Below are positions 29,240 to 39,909 of a stretch of 55,693 nt of DNA, one piece after another. Under the pieces are notes generated by a model. It made no database searches. It was not told the DNA's origin and saw nothing but the letters and a program-made list of their open reading frames with translations. Numbering within the stretch: the first letter of the stretch is position 1; each line of letters starts with the position of its first letter. This stretch comes from Microcoleaceae cyanobacterium (lineage in GTDB: Bacteria > Cyanobacteriota > Cyanobacteriia > Cyanobacteriales > Microcoleaceae): positions 1-55,693 of the forward strand of contig JBOFUV010000037.1 of NCBI GenBank assembly GCA_051652765.1, given 5' to 3'. The position numbers and the translations under genes were made by a program.

Positions 29240-30163
29240 CTACTGATTAAAGTTATCTTCAAAATTCCACATGCCTCTGACAGGTTGCTGGTTTGAAGAT
29301 TCGGGTGCTTGAAATGCTGGGGCAGTCGGGCTCCCTTGAAATGCGGGGGCACTGCCTGGGAGTCGAGGTAAAGTTAGCTCTGCCCTCGGATCAACATAGC
29401 AGTTAATCACCCGATCAATCACGCAGACAACTGGCCCCAAGGCCGTTCCCTGGAGTAAGGCATCAGCTAGCAGACTGTTGTTAGATAACTTGGCCCGAGC
29501 AATATTTGTATCAGCGAGGATTGTCGCTTGCAGGTTTGCTCCGGTTAAATCAGTGCCTTCTAGGTTGGAGCCTTGCAGGTTCGCCCCTAATAGATCTGCT
29601 CGCATCAAATTTGCCCCTTCCAGGTTTGTTCTGAACAGAAAAGCTTGGCGGAGATCTGCCCCCGATAAGTTGGCCAAATCTAGATAGGCTTCGCTGAGAT
29701 TCGCTCTAAATAAACTAGCACCACGCAAATCAGCTCGTCTCAGGTTTGTTCTGGCCAGGGAAGCTGCCGATAAGTTGGCTTTTCGCAGATCAGCACCTTG
29801 CAAGTTGGCGTTGTATAGGTTAGCACCGTAAAGGTTCGCATTCGCTAAATTTGCCCGGAATAAATCAACTTCCCTCAAGTTGGCATTGGCTAAATTGACA
29901 CTCCGGAGGTCAACCTCTTGCAGGTTAGCGCCTTGCAGATCAGCCTCGAACAAATTGGCTCCCTGAAGCTGCAAACGGCTCAAATCAGCCCCACGCAGGT
30001 TACAACCCGGACAACGACCCGTTGCTCGGAGCCTGTCAACATCCTCAGAATTTTCAGCTTGAGCTGAATTGACCCATCCCAAACCAAACACTGCACTGAA
30101 CATTGTGGTCGCTGCAAGGGTTACTGTTAGTGCGTTATTCCGTGTCATCTTCCATTTCATCAT
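29240..30163 (-). CDS. Exported pentapeptide-repeat protein
   Basis: Signal peptide ending AQA, 'C..C.L.GADL', long A(D/N)LXX repeat array. Confidence 0.93.
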   Translation of the reverse strand: MMKWKMTRNNALTVTLAATTMFSAVFGLGWVNSAQAENSEDVDRLRATGRCPGCNLRGADLSRLQLQGANLFEADLQGANLQEVDLRSVNLANANLREVDLFRANLANANLYGANLYNANLQGADLRKANLSAASLARTNLRRADLRGASLFRANLSEAYLDLANLSGADLRQAFLFRTNLEGANLMRADLLGANLQGSNLEGTDLTGANLQATILADTNIARAKLSNNSLLADALLQGTALGPVVCVIDRVINCYVDPRAELTLPRLPGSAPAFQGSPTAPAFQAPESSNQQPVRGMWNFEDNFNQ

Positions 30164-30192
30164 TTGTCTCCCCGGTTTCCAAACCCTAAAGT

Positions 30193-30257
30193 TAGCAAAT
30201 TGGAACTAGTAAATTGGAACTAGTAAATTGGAACTAGCAAATTGGAACTAGCAAATT
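30193..30257. repeat. 14-bp tandem repeat x4.6 (TAGYAAATTGGAAC)
   Basis: Copies start at 30193, 30207, 30221 and 30235, partial at 30249; just upstream of the pentapeptide gene start. Confidence 0.92.
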
Positions 30258-30755
30258 AGGCAATGCTTCACGAACTGTATCACTCAGCAGAGAAGTTCCT
30301 AATGGGCAATTGGCAGCAATTCTAACATTTTCAGCCCAACCCCTTTAATCTGCGATGGATGGGTGGGTCGTTCCCAGATTTTTTTGATCTCGATTTGAAC
30401 ATAAAACGATACAAACCCCGGCATGATCTTCCTCAAATCCCCTTAATACAGGAGATGTCGGAGGCAGGGAGAGCTAGATCTATAGCGTGTCAACAGCAAA
30501 TTACGATGAACTCCGGCTTCCCATCTCTCACAAAAGTGCATAAGCTCGATCAACCCAGACATATGTTTAATCAAAGGGTTCCAAGTCAGTCTAGAGATCG
30601 ATATGCACTCTCCAATCATTCGGGGAGTGTTTTTTTTAGGTGATTCCGGCTCAATCAGGCTGAGATGTCTGTCCCTCGCTGATTTAAAAACCGCTGTGGT
30701 AGCTGTAATTTAGCGTGTTGTAAACTGTAAAGGCATAAGTTCAGGAGCATAATCT

Positions 30756-32423
30756 ATGGCAACTGGTGCATTTCAACAACTACGTGAACGCTTCAAACAG
30801 CTTGATCCATCCGCTCTCTCTGAGCTTAAATCTACCCTGTCAGATTGGCTGGAGCAAAATCGCGGTCAACTGGGTCAATCTCAAAAAGGTGACTTCAACG
30901 GCACCATGATGCAGTACTTCCATTGGTACATTCCTCCCGATGGACAACTGTGGAACGAACTGGGGAGTCGGGCTCAAGAATTATCCAATGCAGGGTTTAC
31001 GGCCCTTTGGCTGCCCCCGGTTTACAAGGGTAATGGGGGAGGTTATGACGTGGGGTATGGAACCTATGATCTGTTTGACTTAGGAGAATTTGACCAAAAG
31101 GGTTCAATACGAACGAAATATGGCACAAAAGATGAATTGGTCGCAGCAATTAAATCCCTGAAAAGCGCTGGAATCCAGCTTTATCTAGACGTTGTCTTCA
31201 ACCACAAAATGGGAGGCGATACGGAGGAAGAAATTGAAACCGTTCCCGTAGATCACAACAATCGCAACCAAGAAATTGGGGGAGTAGAAAAAATCAAGGC
31301 TTGGACACAGTTTGATTTTCCCGGTCGAGGAGACAAATATTCCAGCATGAAGTGGCGCTGGTGGCATTTTGCTTCCGTCAATCATAATTCTTATAAACCT
31401 GGAGACGGGACGATTCATCGCTTCAAAGACAAGCAATTTGCGTACAAAGTAGATTTGAGCCAAGGGAACTATGACTTTCTCATGGGCTGCGATCTCGATA
31501 TGAACAACGATCAAGTTCGAGGAGAGTTGAAATATTGGGGCCGCTGGATTATTGACACCTTGGGGGCGGATGGCTTCCGATTGGACGCGATCAAACATAT
31601 TGAAGGGGACTTTTTCAGCGATTGGCTGGATCATCTCGAGGACTATGCCAAACGAGATCTGTTTACGGTTGGGGAGTATTGGACACAGGACATTGGAGCG
31701 TTGCACTGGTATATTGGCAACTCGGGGGGACGACTGAGCTTGCTTGATGTGCCCTTGCATTACAACTTTTATCAGGCGAGTCAGGCAAAAGGTTATTTTG
31801 ACATGAGAACGATTCTGGATGGCACCCTGATGCGGGAACAACCTGCCTTTGCCGTGACTTTTGTCGAAAACCACGACACCCAACCCTTACAAGCCTTAGA
31901 GTCCGTCGTCGAACCCTGGTTCAAGCCCCTGGCCTATGCCATTATTCTGCTGCGACGGGAAGGCTATCCCTGTGTATTCTATCCAGACTATTTTGGGGCC
32001 CATTACCGCGATCGCGGACGGGATGGCAATGACTACGATATTTTTATGGACAGTCACAAGACAATCATTGACAAATTCTTGATTGCCCGCCGCAACTTTG
32101 CCTTCGGAGACCAATACGATTACTTCGACCATGAAGATGTGATTGGCTGGACACGCATCGGCACCGAGGAACATCCTCTGGCCATGGCCGTGATTTTAAG
32201 TGATGGCCCCAATGGCAGCAAGTGGATGGAGGTTCGCAAGCCCAATACTACCTTCCGGGATCTCACCGGCAATATTCCAGAAACCCTGGTTACCAACGAA
32301 CAGGGTTGGGCTGAGTTTCGGTGTAACGGTGGTTCTGTGTCCGTTTGGGTGGAAGAAAATTCCTTACGTTCCTTCCTGTCTAAGATTACGTCCTCCGTTC
32401 TGGGAGATCTTTTTAAGGCGTAA
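30756..32423 (+). CDS. amyA: Cytoplasmic alpha-amylase (GH13, AmyA/Bacillus liquefying type)
   Basis: 'NGTMMQYFHWY', 'DVVFNH', 'GFRLDAIKH', 'VGEYW', 'FVENHDTQ'; AGGAG ribosome binding site. Confidence 0.93.
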   Translation: MATGAFQQLRERFKQLDPSALSELKSTLSDWLEQNRGQLGQSQKGDFNGTMMQYFHWYIPPDGQLWNELGSRAQELSNAGFTALWLPPVYKGNGGGYDVGYGTYDLFDLGEFDQKGSIRTKYGTKDELVAAIKSLKSAGIQLYLDVVFNHKMGGDTEEEIETVPVDHNNRNQEIGGVEKIKAWTQFDFPGRGDKYSSMKWRWWHFASVNHNSYKPGDGTIHRFKDKQFAYKVDLSQGNYDFLMGCDLDMNNDQVRGELKYWGRWIIDTLGADGFRLDAIKHIEGDFFSDWLDHLEDYAKRDLFTVGEYWTQDIGALHWYIGNSGGRLSLLDVPLHYNFYQASQAKGYFDMRTILDGTLMREQPAFAVTFVENHDTQPLQALESVVEPWFKPLAYAIILLRREGYPCVFYPDYFGAHYRDRGRDGNDYDIFMDSHKTIIDKFLIARRNFAFGDQYDYFDHEDVIGWTRIGTEEHPLAMAVILSDGPNGSKWMEVRKPNTTFRDLTGNIPETLVTNEQGWAEFRCNGGSVSVWVEENSLRSFLSKITSSVLGDLFKA

Positions 32424-32483
32424 GCAAAAGCTGAAGAAACCAGTAGTTCATCACTCTGATGATTGGTCAACCTTGATGTGTAT

Positions 32484-32556
32484 TAGGTTGATATCAAGCT
32501 GGCGAGATCCAACCTTCTCAAGGGCTGCTTGGGTTTCACTTGATTTTACCCAACCT
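32484..32556. repeat. Degenerate REP-like inverted doublet
   Basis: TAGGTTG...CCAACC left half and TTGGGTTTCACTTGATTTTACCCAACCT right half; AGGTTG/CAACCT termini are complementary. Confidence 0.55.
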
Positions 32557-32622
32557 GTAAAATTTGAGTTTGATCTTCCTAAATCCTCCTGTTTCAGAGA
32601 ACTTCAGATAATTTCATAGCCG

Positions 32623-33516
32623 ATGAATCAACCCGAACAACTCCGATTACACCCGACAGCGGATGGATCTTTCACGTTCTTTTCGGAGAAATTTAGGGAA
32701 TATTTTCACAGTTCCTCTGGGGCAAAGTTAGAAGCGCAAGTCAAGTTTGTGGAACCCTTGCACCTGGCCCAGAAAGCGACTCAGCCGCAGTTGAAGTTAC
32801 TGGATGTGTGTTACGGCTTGGGCTACAACACAGCGGCAGCCCTAGAAACAATTTGGTCAGTGAATCCTGATTGTCAGGTGCAATGGTTCGGCTTAGAACT
32901 GGATGAAACTGTGCCCCAAACTGCGATCGCCCACAATCTACTAAACACTTACTCCGGCATTATCCCCCCACTCCTAACACAAGTTCTGCGCGATCGCACG
33001 GTTATAACCGAACGGTTTCAAGGGCAGTTCCTCCTCGGAGATGCCCGACAAACGGTGCAGCAAGTTCACCAATCGGGGTTTCAAGCCGATGCCATCTGTC
33101 TCGATCCCTTTTCACCGCCGACCTGTCCCCAATTGTGGACGGCGGATTTTATGAGTGTGTTGGCGGCGTGTCTGAAACCGACAGGGCGCTTGGCGACTTA
33201 TTCTTGTGCAGCAGCCGTCCGGACGGCCCTATTAGAGGCAGGGTTGAAAATTGGGGCCACCCCTCCCTTTGGCCGACGCGCCCCCGGAACTATTGCCAGC
33301 TTTGTCGATCTGGACTTACCCCCCCTCTCTCCCCAAGAACAGGAACATTTACAGACTCGAGCCGCGATCGCCTATCGTGATCCACAACTTTGTGATTCTG
33401 CGATTGGGATTCAGCACCGTCGTCAGCAGGAACAGCAACACCACCCCGAACTCGAACCCACCTCTCACTGGAAGAAACGTTGGTCAGAGACCTGGAGGAG
33501 TCGTTCTAAGGAGTAA
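32623..33516 (+). CDS. mnmD: MnmC/MnmD-like SAM-dependent tRNA methyltransferase
   Basis: 'TADGSFTFFS..F.E.FHS..GA', 'DVCYGLGYN', 'LDPFSP..CPQLWT', 'LATYS'. Confidence 0.85.
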   Translation: MNQPEQLRLHPTADGSFTFFSEKFREYFHSSSGAKLEAQVKFVEPLHLAQKATQPQLKLLDVCYGLGYNTAAALETIWSVNPDCQVQWFGLELDETVPQTAIAHNLLNTYSGIIPPLLTQVLRDRTVITERFQGQFLLGDARQTVQQVHQSGFQADAICLDPFSPPTCPQLWTADFMSVLAACLKPTGRLATYSCAAAVRTALLEAGLKIGATPPFGRRAPGTIASFVDLDLPPLSPQEQEHLQTRAAIAYRDPQLCDSAIGIQHRRQQEQQHHPELEPTSHWKKRWSETWRSRSKE

Positions 33517-33681
33517 TCTAAAGCTTTTAAATCCATGGTCTTAAATTCTGTAGATTTTCTGATCACTTGCTGACAACCAGAATGAGTAATTATTATAGTC
33601 ATCAGGTTTATCCTGTGAAGGATGATTTCACAGACTCGGTTTGCCCGATCCACAACAGTACCTCACCAGAACATTTTTTTA

Positions 33682-35052
33682 ATGGTAGCAGTCGCAATCT
33701 TAGCCGCTGGGCGTGGAACCCGCATGAAATCTGACCTGCCCAAGGTCTTACATCAACTAGGAGGCCGCACCCTGGTTCAACGGGCCCTTGAGAGTTGTCA
33801 GAGGATTCAGCCTTGCCGCAAATTAGTTATTGTTGGATATCGGAGTGAATTGATTCAGCAGGCCCTATCAACTCTCAGTTCGTCTGAGACCGTAGCAGTA
33901 GAATTTGTGGAACAGACCGAACAGCTCGGCACAGGCCATGCCGTACAACAACTCCTGCCCCATTTAGTCGGATTTTCTGGAGACTTGTTAGTCCTGAATG
34001 GAGACGTTCCTCTCCTGCGTCCCCAGACCTTAGAACAGTTAGTACACATCCACAAAGAGCGGCAGAGTATCGCGACGATTCTTACCGCCCATGTTCCCAA
34101 TCCCAAAGGATATGGTCGGGTTTTTTGCGATAGCCAGAATCAAGTCAAGCAAATCGTTGAAGATCGGGATTGTACCGATGCCCAACGTCAGAGCCATCGT
34201 GTGAATGCGGGAGTGTACTGCTTTCATTGGCCTGCATTGGCAGAGATCCTACCCAATCTGCAACCGGAGAATGATCAAAAGGAATACTATCTGACGGATG
34301 TTGTCTATCATCTTGATCCAGTCATGGCTGTGGATGTAGAAGATTACCGAGAAATTTTGGGGATTAACAATCGTAAACAGTTGGCAATGGCCTACAGCGT
34401 GTTGCAAGAGTGGGTCAAAGATGAGTGGATGGCGGCTGGAGTCACTTTAGTTGACCCTAGCAGTACTACCATTGATGATACCGTTCAGCTTGAACCCGAC
34501 GTGGTGATCGAACCTCAAACCCATCTGCGGGGCAAAACGGTGATTCAGGCAGGCAGTCGTATTGGCCCTGGTAGTTTGATTGAAAATAGCCACCTAGGCA
34601 AAAATGTTACTGTTTTATATTCGGTGATTTCAGATAGCACCGTTGCCGATAATACCCGGATTGGCCCCTATGCTCATTTGCGGGGGCAAGCCACTATTGG
34701 TTCAGGATGCCGGATTGGCAACTTTGTTGAACTCAAAAAAGCTCAGGTGGGCGATCGCACGAATATTGCCCATTTGTCTTACCTGGGAGATGCCACCCTG
34801 GGAGAGCAGGTCAACATCGGTGCAGGTACAATCACAGCCAACTATGACGGTGTACACAAACATCACACGAGCATTGGCGATCGCTCTAAAACTGGGTCAA
34901 ATACTGTCTTGGTCGCTCCTATAACCATTGGCCAGGATGTTACCATTGCTGCCGGATCGACAATTACAGAAGATATTCCTGATGATTGTCTGGCGATCGC
35001 TCGAGAACGTCAAGTGATCAAGCCCGGTTGGCGGCTAAACCCCAATCCCTAA
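33682..35052 (+). CDS. glmU: Bifunctional UDP-GlcNAc pyrophosphorylase / GlcN-1-P acetyltransferase
   Basis: '[19 protein letters not shown]', 'EQLGTGHAV', 'EYYLTD', hexapeptide repeats; start taken at ATG 33682. Confidence 0.97.
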   Translation: MVAVAILAAGRGTRMKSDLPKVLHQLGGRTLVQRALESCQRIQPCRKLVIVGYRSELIQQALSTLSSSETVAVEFVEQTEQLGTGHAVQQLLPHLVGFSGDLLVLNGDVPLLRPQTLEQLVHIHKERQSIATILTAHVPNPKGYGRVFCDSQNQVKQIVEDRDCTDAQRQSHRVNAGVYCFHWPALAEILPNLQPENDQKEYYLTDVVYHLDPVMAVDVEDYREILGINNRKQLAMAYSVLQEWVKDEWMAAGVTLVDPSSTTIDDTVQLEPDVVIEPQTHLRGKTVIQAGSRIGPGSLIENSHLGKNVTVLYSVISDSTVADNTRIGPYAHLRGQATIGSGCRIGNFVELKKAQVGDRTNIAHLSYLGDATLGEQVNIGAGTITANYDGVHKHHTSIGDRSKTGSNTVLVAPITIGQDVTIAAGSTITEDIPDDCLAIARERQVIKPGWRLNPNP

Positions 35053-35058
35053 GATAAA

Positions 35059-35097
35059 CTTCTGAACTACTCTTCTGAACTAAACGTCTGAACTACT
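35059..35097. repeat. 13-bp tandem repeat x3 (CTTCTGAACTACT) between convergent glmU and GNAT genes
   Basis: Copies start at 35059, 35072 and 35085. Confidence 0.85.
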
Positions 35098-35099
35098 CT

Positions 35100-35729
35100 T
35101 CAAACTGAGTCAGTTTTCAGGTGCTTATAGAGGAGCAGTTGTCGAGGCTGACCGAATAGAACCGAAGTCAAGCTCCAATCCACTTCTCGAATCTGATATC
35201 CTGCCTTGGCATAGAGCTGTCGAGCTTGTTGATTATTCTCTAAAACATGCAGGCACAGGAGTGAAAACCCCCAACTTTGAGCAATCTGTTCACAATATTG
35301 GAGTAGCTGCTGAGCAACTCCCAGTCTACGGAAACGCAAATGAACTGCCAAGTTAGAAATGTAAAGATATTGAGGGGAAGTTGACCGTTGCCAAGGATAG
35401 CGCGATCGCAGCCCCAATTCTACCGTGCCAATCAGTATTTCTGGACAATGTTCCGGTAGTATACGAGTAGAGGTATTGCAGTTCTTCAATGAGGCTGCTA
35501 GGCACACATAGTACCTGGATTTCGCATTAAGCCGCTGCTTCAGATCTTCATAAATTCCCAAGCGCAAAATCGGATATAGTAACTTGACTAAGCCTTCTTG
35601 GGGATGAAAGCTCTCAGTCAGCAAGTCTGCTAAATGTAACAGGTCAGGGGCTGCGGCAACTCTAAGCTGAAAAGCAGTAGAAAAAGTTTGGTGATCGATC
35701 GGCTGCGGCAGTGGGAATATTGAAACCAA
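35100..35729 (-). CDS. GNAT-family N-acetyltransferase
   Basis: 'YISNLAVHLRFRRLGVA', 'LHVLENNQQARQLYAKAGY'. Confidence 0.9.
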   Translation of the reverse strand: MVSIFPLPQPIDHQTFSTAFQLRVAAAPDLLHLADLLTESFHPQEGLVKLLYPILRLGIYEDLKQRLNAKSRYYVCLAASLKNCNTSTRILPEHCPEILIGTVELGLRSRYPWQRSTSPQYLYISNLAVHLRFRRLGVAQQLLQYCEQIAQSWGFSLLCLHVLENNQQARQLYAKAGYQIREVDWSLTSVLFGQPRQLLLYKHLKTDSV

Positions 35730-36189
35730 GGGTCGTGAGTAATAGGCAACTTGTTCGTATTAGTTTAGTGTAGCGAATGAGTTGCCTCAACAGGCAGGCA
35801 GGGAGGAGCAATCTTAATTTTTGTAGTTAGGATAGGAGAAACACAAGTAGCTTTTATGGTGACCCCTTCCGCAAAGAGCCAAATTTAGGTGTGGCTGCTT
35901 ATTTGGAGTCCACCCTACAGCCACAGATGCATCAGGGTTATGATCTAAAGTCATGGTATTATTACTGACCTCCGAACCTTAATTAAATGAGAATATTATT
36001 AAGGAGGGGTGCACCTAAAAATTAGTTCTAGATTGGTTCTAGGGGTCACAAGTATCTTCAAAATGCTTAACTTAATGTACAGTCGAGCTGAAGTGCTTCA
36101 AATCCTACTTGATTCGGTTGCCGTGAACGTATTTTCCATCGCAACTCTATGTTCCATATGATTCGCCCGAAGCATCAGGAGAGCGGTGC

Positions 36190-39100
36190 ATGAACTCCCT
36201 TAAACAGCCGAAGCCCAAGATCCTGGTTGTCGATGATGAACCTGACAACCTGGACTTGCTGTATCGGACGTTTTACCGCAAATATAAAGTGTTGAGGGCA
36301 GAGGGTGGGCAGGATGCGCTGAATATCCTGGAGCAGGAACAGGATATTTCGGTCATTATCTCAGACCAGCGAATGCCTCATATGAGTGGCACAGAGTTAT
36401 TGAGCTTAACGGCAACAAAATACCCTGATGCCATCCGAATTTTATTGACCGGGTACACCGATGTTGAAGACTTAGTCGAAGCCATTAACTCCGGCAAAGT
36501 ATTTAAGTATGTGACCAAGCCTTGGGAGGCCGACGAACTCACTGCCATTGTGAACCAGGCCCTCGAAACCCACAACGTTCTCAAGGCGAGAACCGAGGAG
36601 CTGCAGAGGGCACTTCAGCAAGAGACACTCCTCTATGCCGTGACCAGTACAATTCGTTCCGCGCTGCACTATCGGGAAATGTTGCAGCGCATTGTTGAAA
36701 CAGTAGGGCAAACCTTTCAGGTCAGCTATTGTATTCTGCAACCCCTGCAAGACGGAGAACTTGTGGATGAGCGCTTTGTTTACCAGGCCCCCAATCTGGA
36801 GCGAGGGATTGCCCAAATTCCTGAAACCGAGATTCGCCAACTCATTTGGGAAACTTCAGCCGTTCAAGTCATCCGGGATTTCCAGACCGACGAACACATT
36901 CAAGGAGACAGTGAAGAACTGCGGCAACGTCAGCAGGCTTATAGTACTGCCAACATTTGCTCAAGCTTGATTGTTCCTCTGTTCTATCGACAAGAACTGA
37001 TCGCGGTTCTGGCCCTACATCAAGCCGAGCAAACTCGGGAATGGTTTGATTATGAAGTTCAGCTCATTACCACCGTCGCCGATCAAGCGGCTCTGGCCTT
37101 ATCCCAAGCACGGGCCTACGAACAAGTCCAGGAACTGGCTCGGCGTGAAGTTCTGGTCAATACGATTACGTCTGCGATTCGCTCTAGCCTGGAACCTCAG
37201 AAAATTTTTGCGGCGATTACCCAACAACTCGGACAAGCCCTCAGCGTTGACGGCTGTGCCCTATCGCTTTGGACTGGGGCGGATGAATTTGTTCAATGTG
37301 TTGGACTGTACGATGCCAACTACCGCCAAACCTCTGTCGTGAGTGGTTGGACTGCATCCACCACTACCGATGAAATCCTGCTCAACTTAGAAGCCTTACC
37401 CCAATCGGCTGCTCCTATTCAAGGGAATCCGGTGCTGCAACGGTTGCTGGATACTCGCCAACCCGTTGTGATTGAAGATTTGAACCAGCAACCCGATTTT
37501 AATTTTCCTGACCTACTCCTGCGCTCTCCCTCCAAAGCCTTACTGGTGGTGCCATTGTTGCTGGAGGACGACAAAATCATTGGCAGTATTTCTCTGCGCC
37601 AAAATAATTCGACTCGCAAATGGCAAGATGCCGAGATTAATTTAGTTCAAATTGTGGCTACCCAAGCAGCCCTGGCTGTGCAGCAGTCTCGTCTCTATCA
37701 ACAGACCCGTCAACAGGCTGAACGGCTGCTAGAAGTTGATCGGCTCAAAACCGAATTCTTTCAGAATATTTCCCATGAATTCCGCACTCCCCTCACCTTG
37801 ATGATTGGGCCGCTAGAGTCGGCAGTGAACCAAGCTCAGGGTCTCCCCTATGATCAATCTAAAATCGCCCTCCGTAATGCCCGTCGCCTCCTGCGTCTGG
37901 TGAACCAACTCCTTGACCTGCAAAAGTTTGATGCCGGACGAATGCAGCCAAGTTTCCGCCCCTGTGACTTGGTGACCTTTTGTCGTCAGACTGTCGAATT
38001 GTTCAAAACCTACTGCGACAAGAAAGGGATCAACCTGGAGACTGATTTACAGGATTGCCCCCCTCTCTATCTCGATCTAGAACGATTTGATAAAGTGCTT
38101 TACAATTTACTCTCCAATGCGATGAAGTTTACTCCGACTGGAGGAACCATCAGTGTTACTCTTGAGCCTTTAGAAAATTGTTGCCTGCTCCAGGTCAAAG
38201 ACTCCGGAATCGGCATTCGGGAGGAACAAATTCCTTACTTATTTGAGCGATTCCGTCAAGCCGAAGGCTCCGCTAGTCGTTCCTATGAGGGGAGTGGATT
38301 AGGACTGGCATTGGTGAAAGAGCTAGTTGATCTGCATAAGGGTAATATCAGGGTAGATTCTGTCTATGGTTCAGGTACAACATTTAACATCTGGCTACCG
38401 TTCGGGAGTGCTCACCTGCCTGAGGAACAGGTCGTAGACGTTCCGGCTGAACTGAACCCCCATCGGTCTGCTGTGGAATTTGCCGATATCGAAGTTGAAC
38501 TTTCGGAGGAGCAGGTCATTGCTGCCCAGAACGGCATGGGTCAAGTCCTCTCCTCAGAAACACCAGAACCTTTACCAGAGCTAGCTCAGAACTGCATTTT
38601 AGTGGTGGATGACAATCCTGACCTTCGCAGCTATCTCTCGTTTATATTGCGGCAAGCTGACTTTAGCGTGGTGACGGCTCGTAATGGGGCAGAGGGATAT
38701 GAACAGGCAAAACGGTATGATCCTGAGGTTATTGTCACTGACTTGATGATGCCAGTTGTTTCTGGGTTGGATTTAATTCGGATGATCCGAGAGGACGAGC
38801 AGTTACGGGGGACTCCAATCATCCTGCTGACTGCCAAAGCAGATGAAGACACCCGGATTGAGGGAGTTGAGCGAGGAGCAGATGCCTATGTGTCCAAGCC
38901 CTTTAACAATCGAGAGCTATTAGCAGAAGTCCGAAACCTCCGAGCCTTGAAGCAAAACGAACGCCGGATTGCTGAGCTGAATCGATATCTGACTGAATCT
39001 GTCCTCCGCCGGTTCTTGCCTCCAACCATGGTCGAGCGCGCGGCCCAAGGAGACATGGTACTGGACTTGAACCCAGAGCCGCGCTTAATCACCATTCTCT

Positions 39101-39681
39101 TCAGTGACATTGTCGGGTTTACACGCATGTCCAACCAACTCCAATCTCGCCGCGTGGCCGAGGTTCTGAACGAATATTTGTCTGAGATGACTCAAGCTGT
39201 ATTTGCGAATGGGGGTACAGTAGATAAGTTTATCGGTGATGCGGTCATGGCCATCTATGGCGCACCAGAAGAACTCTCCCCCGAGGAACAGGTCAAACGG
39301 GCGATCGGCTCAGCTCGTCAAATGTTGCGATCCCTTGACAAACTCAACCAATCCTGGCAGGAACGGGGCCTAGTTGGCTGTGACGGCGTAGAACCTGTCC
39401 GATTTCGATGCGGGATTCACCAGGGAATGGCTGTTGTAGGAATGTTTGGAGCTCAGGAACGATCAGACTATACAGCCATTGGCCCCTGTGTCAACATTGC
39501 AGCTCGGCTCCAGGAAGCGGCAAATCCCAACAGCATCTTGATCTCAGCCGAAATTGCAAATTATCTCGACTACTCAGAAATTATGGCATCAGATTCTCTG
39601 AAATTTAAGGGCATGGATGAAGCAATCCCTACCTTTGTGGTGAACCCAGAAGTGATGGCATCTAATGAGGTTAAAGCTTGA
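36190..39681 (+). CDS. cyaC: Multidomain adenylate cyclase (REC-GAF-GAF-HisKA-HATPase-REC-class III cyclase)
   Basis: Two receiver domains (VVDDEP/SDQRMP; VVDDNP/TDLMMP), H-box SHEFRTPL, cyclase motifs FSDIVGFT, DKFIGDA, TAIG..VNIAARL; architecture matches cyanobacterial CyaC. Confidence 0.93.
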   Translation: MNSLKQPKPKILVVDDEPDNLDLLYRTFYRKYKVLRAEGGQDALNILEQEQDISVIISDQRMPHMSGTELLSLTATKYPDAIRILLTGYTDVEDLVEAINSGKVFKYVTKPWEADELTAIVNQALETHNVLKARTEELQRALQQETLLYAVTSTIRSALHYREMLQRIVETVGQTFQVSYCILQPLQDGELVDERFVYQAPNLERGIAQIPETEIRQLIWETSAVQVIRDFQTDEHIQGDSEELRQRQQAYSTANICSSLIVPLFYRQELIAVLALHQAEQTREWFDYEVQLITTVADQAALALSQARAYEQVQELARREVLVNTITSAIRSSLEPQKIFAAITQQLGQALSVDGCALSLWTGADEFVQCVGLYDANYRQTSVVSGWTASTTTDEILLNLEALPQSAAPIQGNPVLQRLLDTRQPVVIEDLNQQPDFNFPDLLLRSPSKALLVVPLLLEDDKIIGSISLRQNNSTRKWQDAEINLVQIVATQAALAVQQSRLYQQTRQQAERLLEVDRLKTEFFQNISHEFRTPLTLMIGPLESAVNQAQGLPYDQSKIALRNARRLLRLVNQLLDLQKFDAGRMQPSFRPCDLVTFCRQTVELFKTYCDKKGINLETDLQDCPPLYLDLERFDKVLYNLLSNAMKFTPTGGTISVTLEPLENCCLLQVKDSGIGIREEQIPYLFERFRQAEGSASRSYEGSGLGLALVKELVDLHKGNIRVDSVYGSGTTFNIWLPFGSAHLPEEQVVDVPAELNPHRSAVEFADIEVELSEEQVIAAQNGMGQVLSSETPEPLPELAQNCILVVDDNPDLRSYLSFILRQADFSVVTARNGAEGYEQAKRYDPEVIVTDLMMPVVSGLDLIRMIREDEQLRGTPIILLTAKADEDTRIEGVERGADAYVSKPFNNRELLAEVRNLRALKQNERRIAELNRYLTESVLRRFLPPTMVERAAQGDMVLDLNPEPRLITILFSDIVGFTRMSNQLQSRRVAEVLNEYLSEMTQAVFANGGTVDKFIGDAVMAIYGAPEELSPEEQVKRAIGSARQMLRSLDKLNQSWQERGLVGCDGVEPVRFRCGIHQGMAVVGMFGAQERSDYTAIGPCVNIAARLQEAANPNSILISAEIANYLDYSEIMASDSLKFKGMDEAIPTFVVNPEVMASNEVKA

Positions 39682-39810
39682 AAGTTAAAAAGTCTTGAAA
39701 GTTAAATCCGAATTCTGTTGAAATTCAGACAGGAAAAGGTATCACAGCATGATTCAGATATTGAATAACAATCTAATGCTAAACATGCTACACTAATTAA
39801 ATATGAACTT

Positions 39811-39881
39811 GCGGGTGTAGTTTAGTGGTAAAACCTTAGCCTTCCAAGCTAATGATGGGGGTTCGATTCCCCCCACCCGCT
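39811..39881 (+). tRNA. trnG: tRNA-Gly (anticodon TCC)
   Basis: Acceptor stem GCGGGTG/CACCCGC, anticodon arm TTAGC-CTTCCAA-GCTAA, T-loop GTTCGATTC; CCA not encoded. Confidence 0.97.
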
Positions 39882-39909
39882 TTTGAATGAGATGTCTCTG
39901 GCTTAGCAA

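Noticed and set aside
30193..30257. CRISPR array
   Set aside because: Head-to-tail 14-bp units without spacers; no cas genes in the window.
30359..30643. 94-aa ORF in the pentapeptide/amylase intergenic region
   Set aside because: No recognisable motif or clear RBS; cannot be supported as a gene from sequence alone.
31185..31883. 232-aa antisense ORF within the amylase gene
   Set aside because: Codon-register shadow of a highly conserved gene; no recognisable motifs.
36190..39681. Hybrid kinase-cyclase as a novel signalling system
   Set aside because: Architecture matches the well-known cyanobacterial CyaC.
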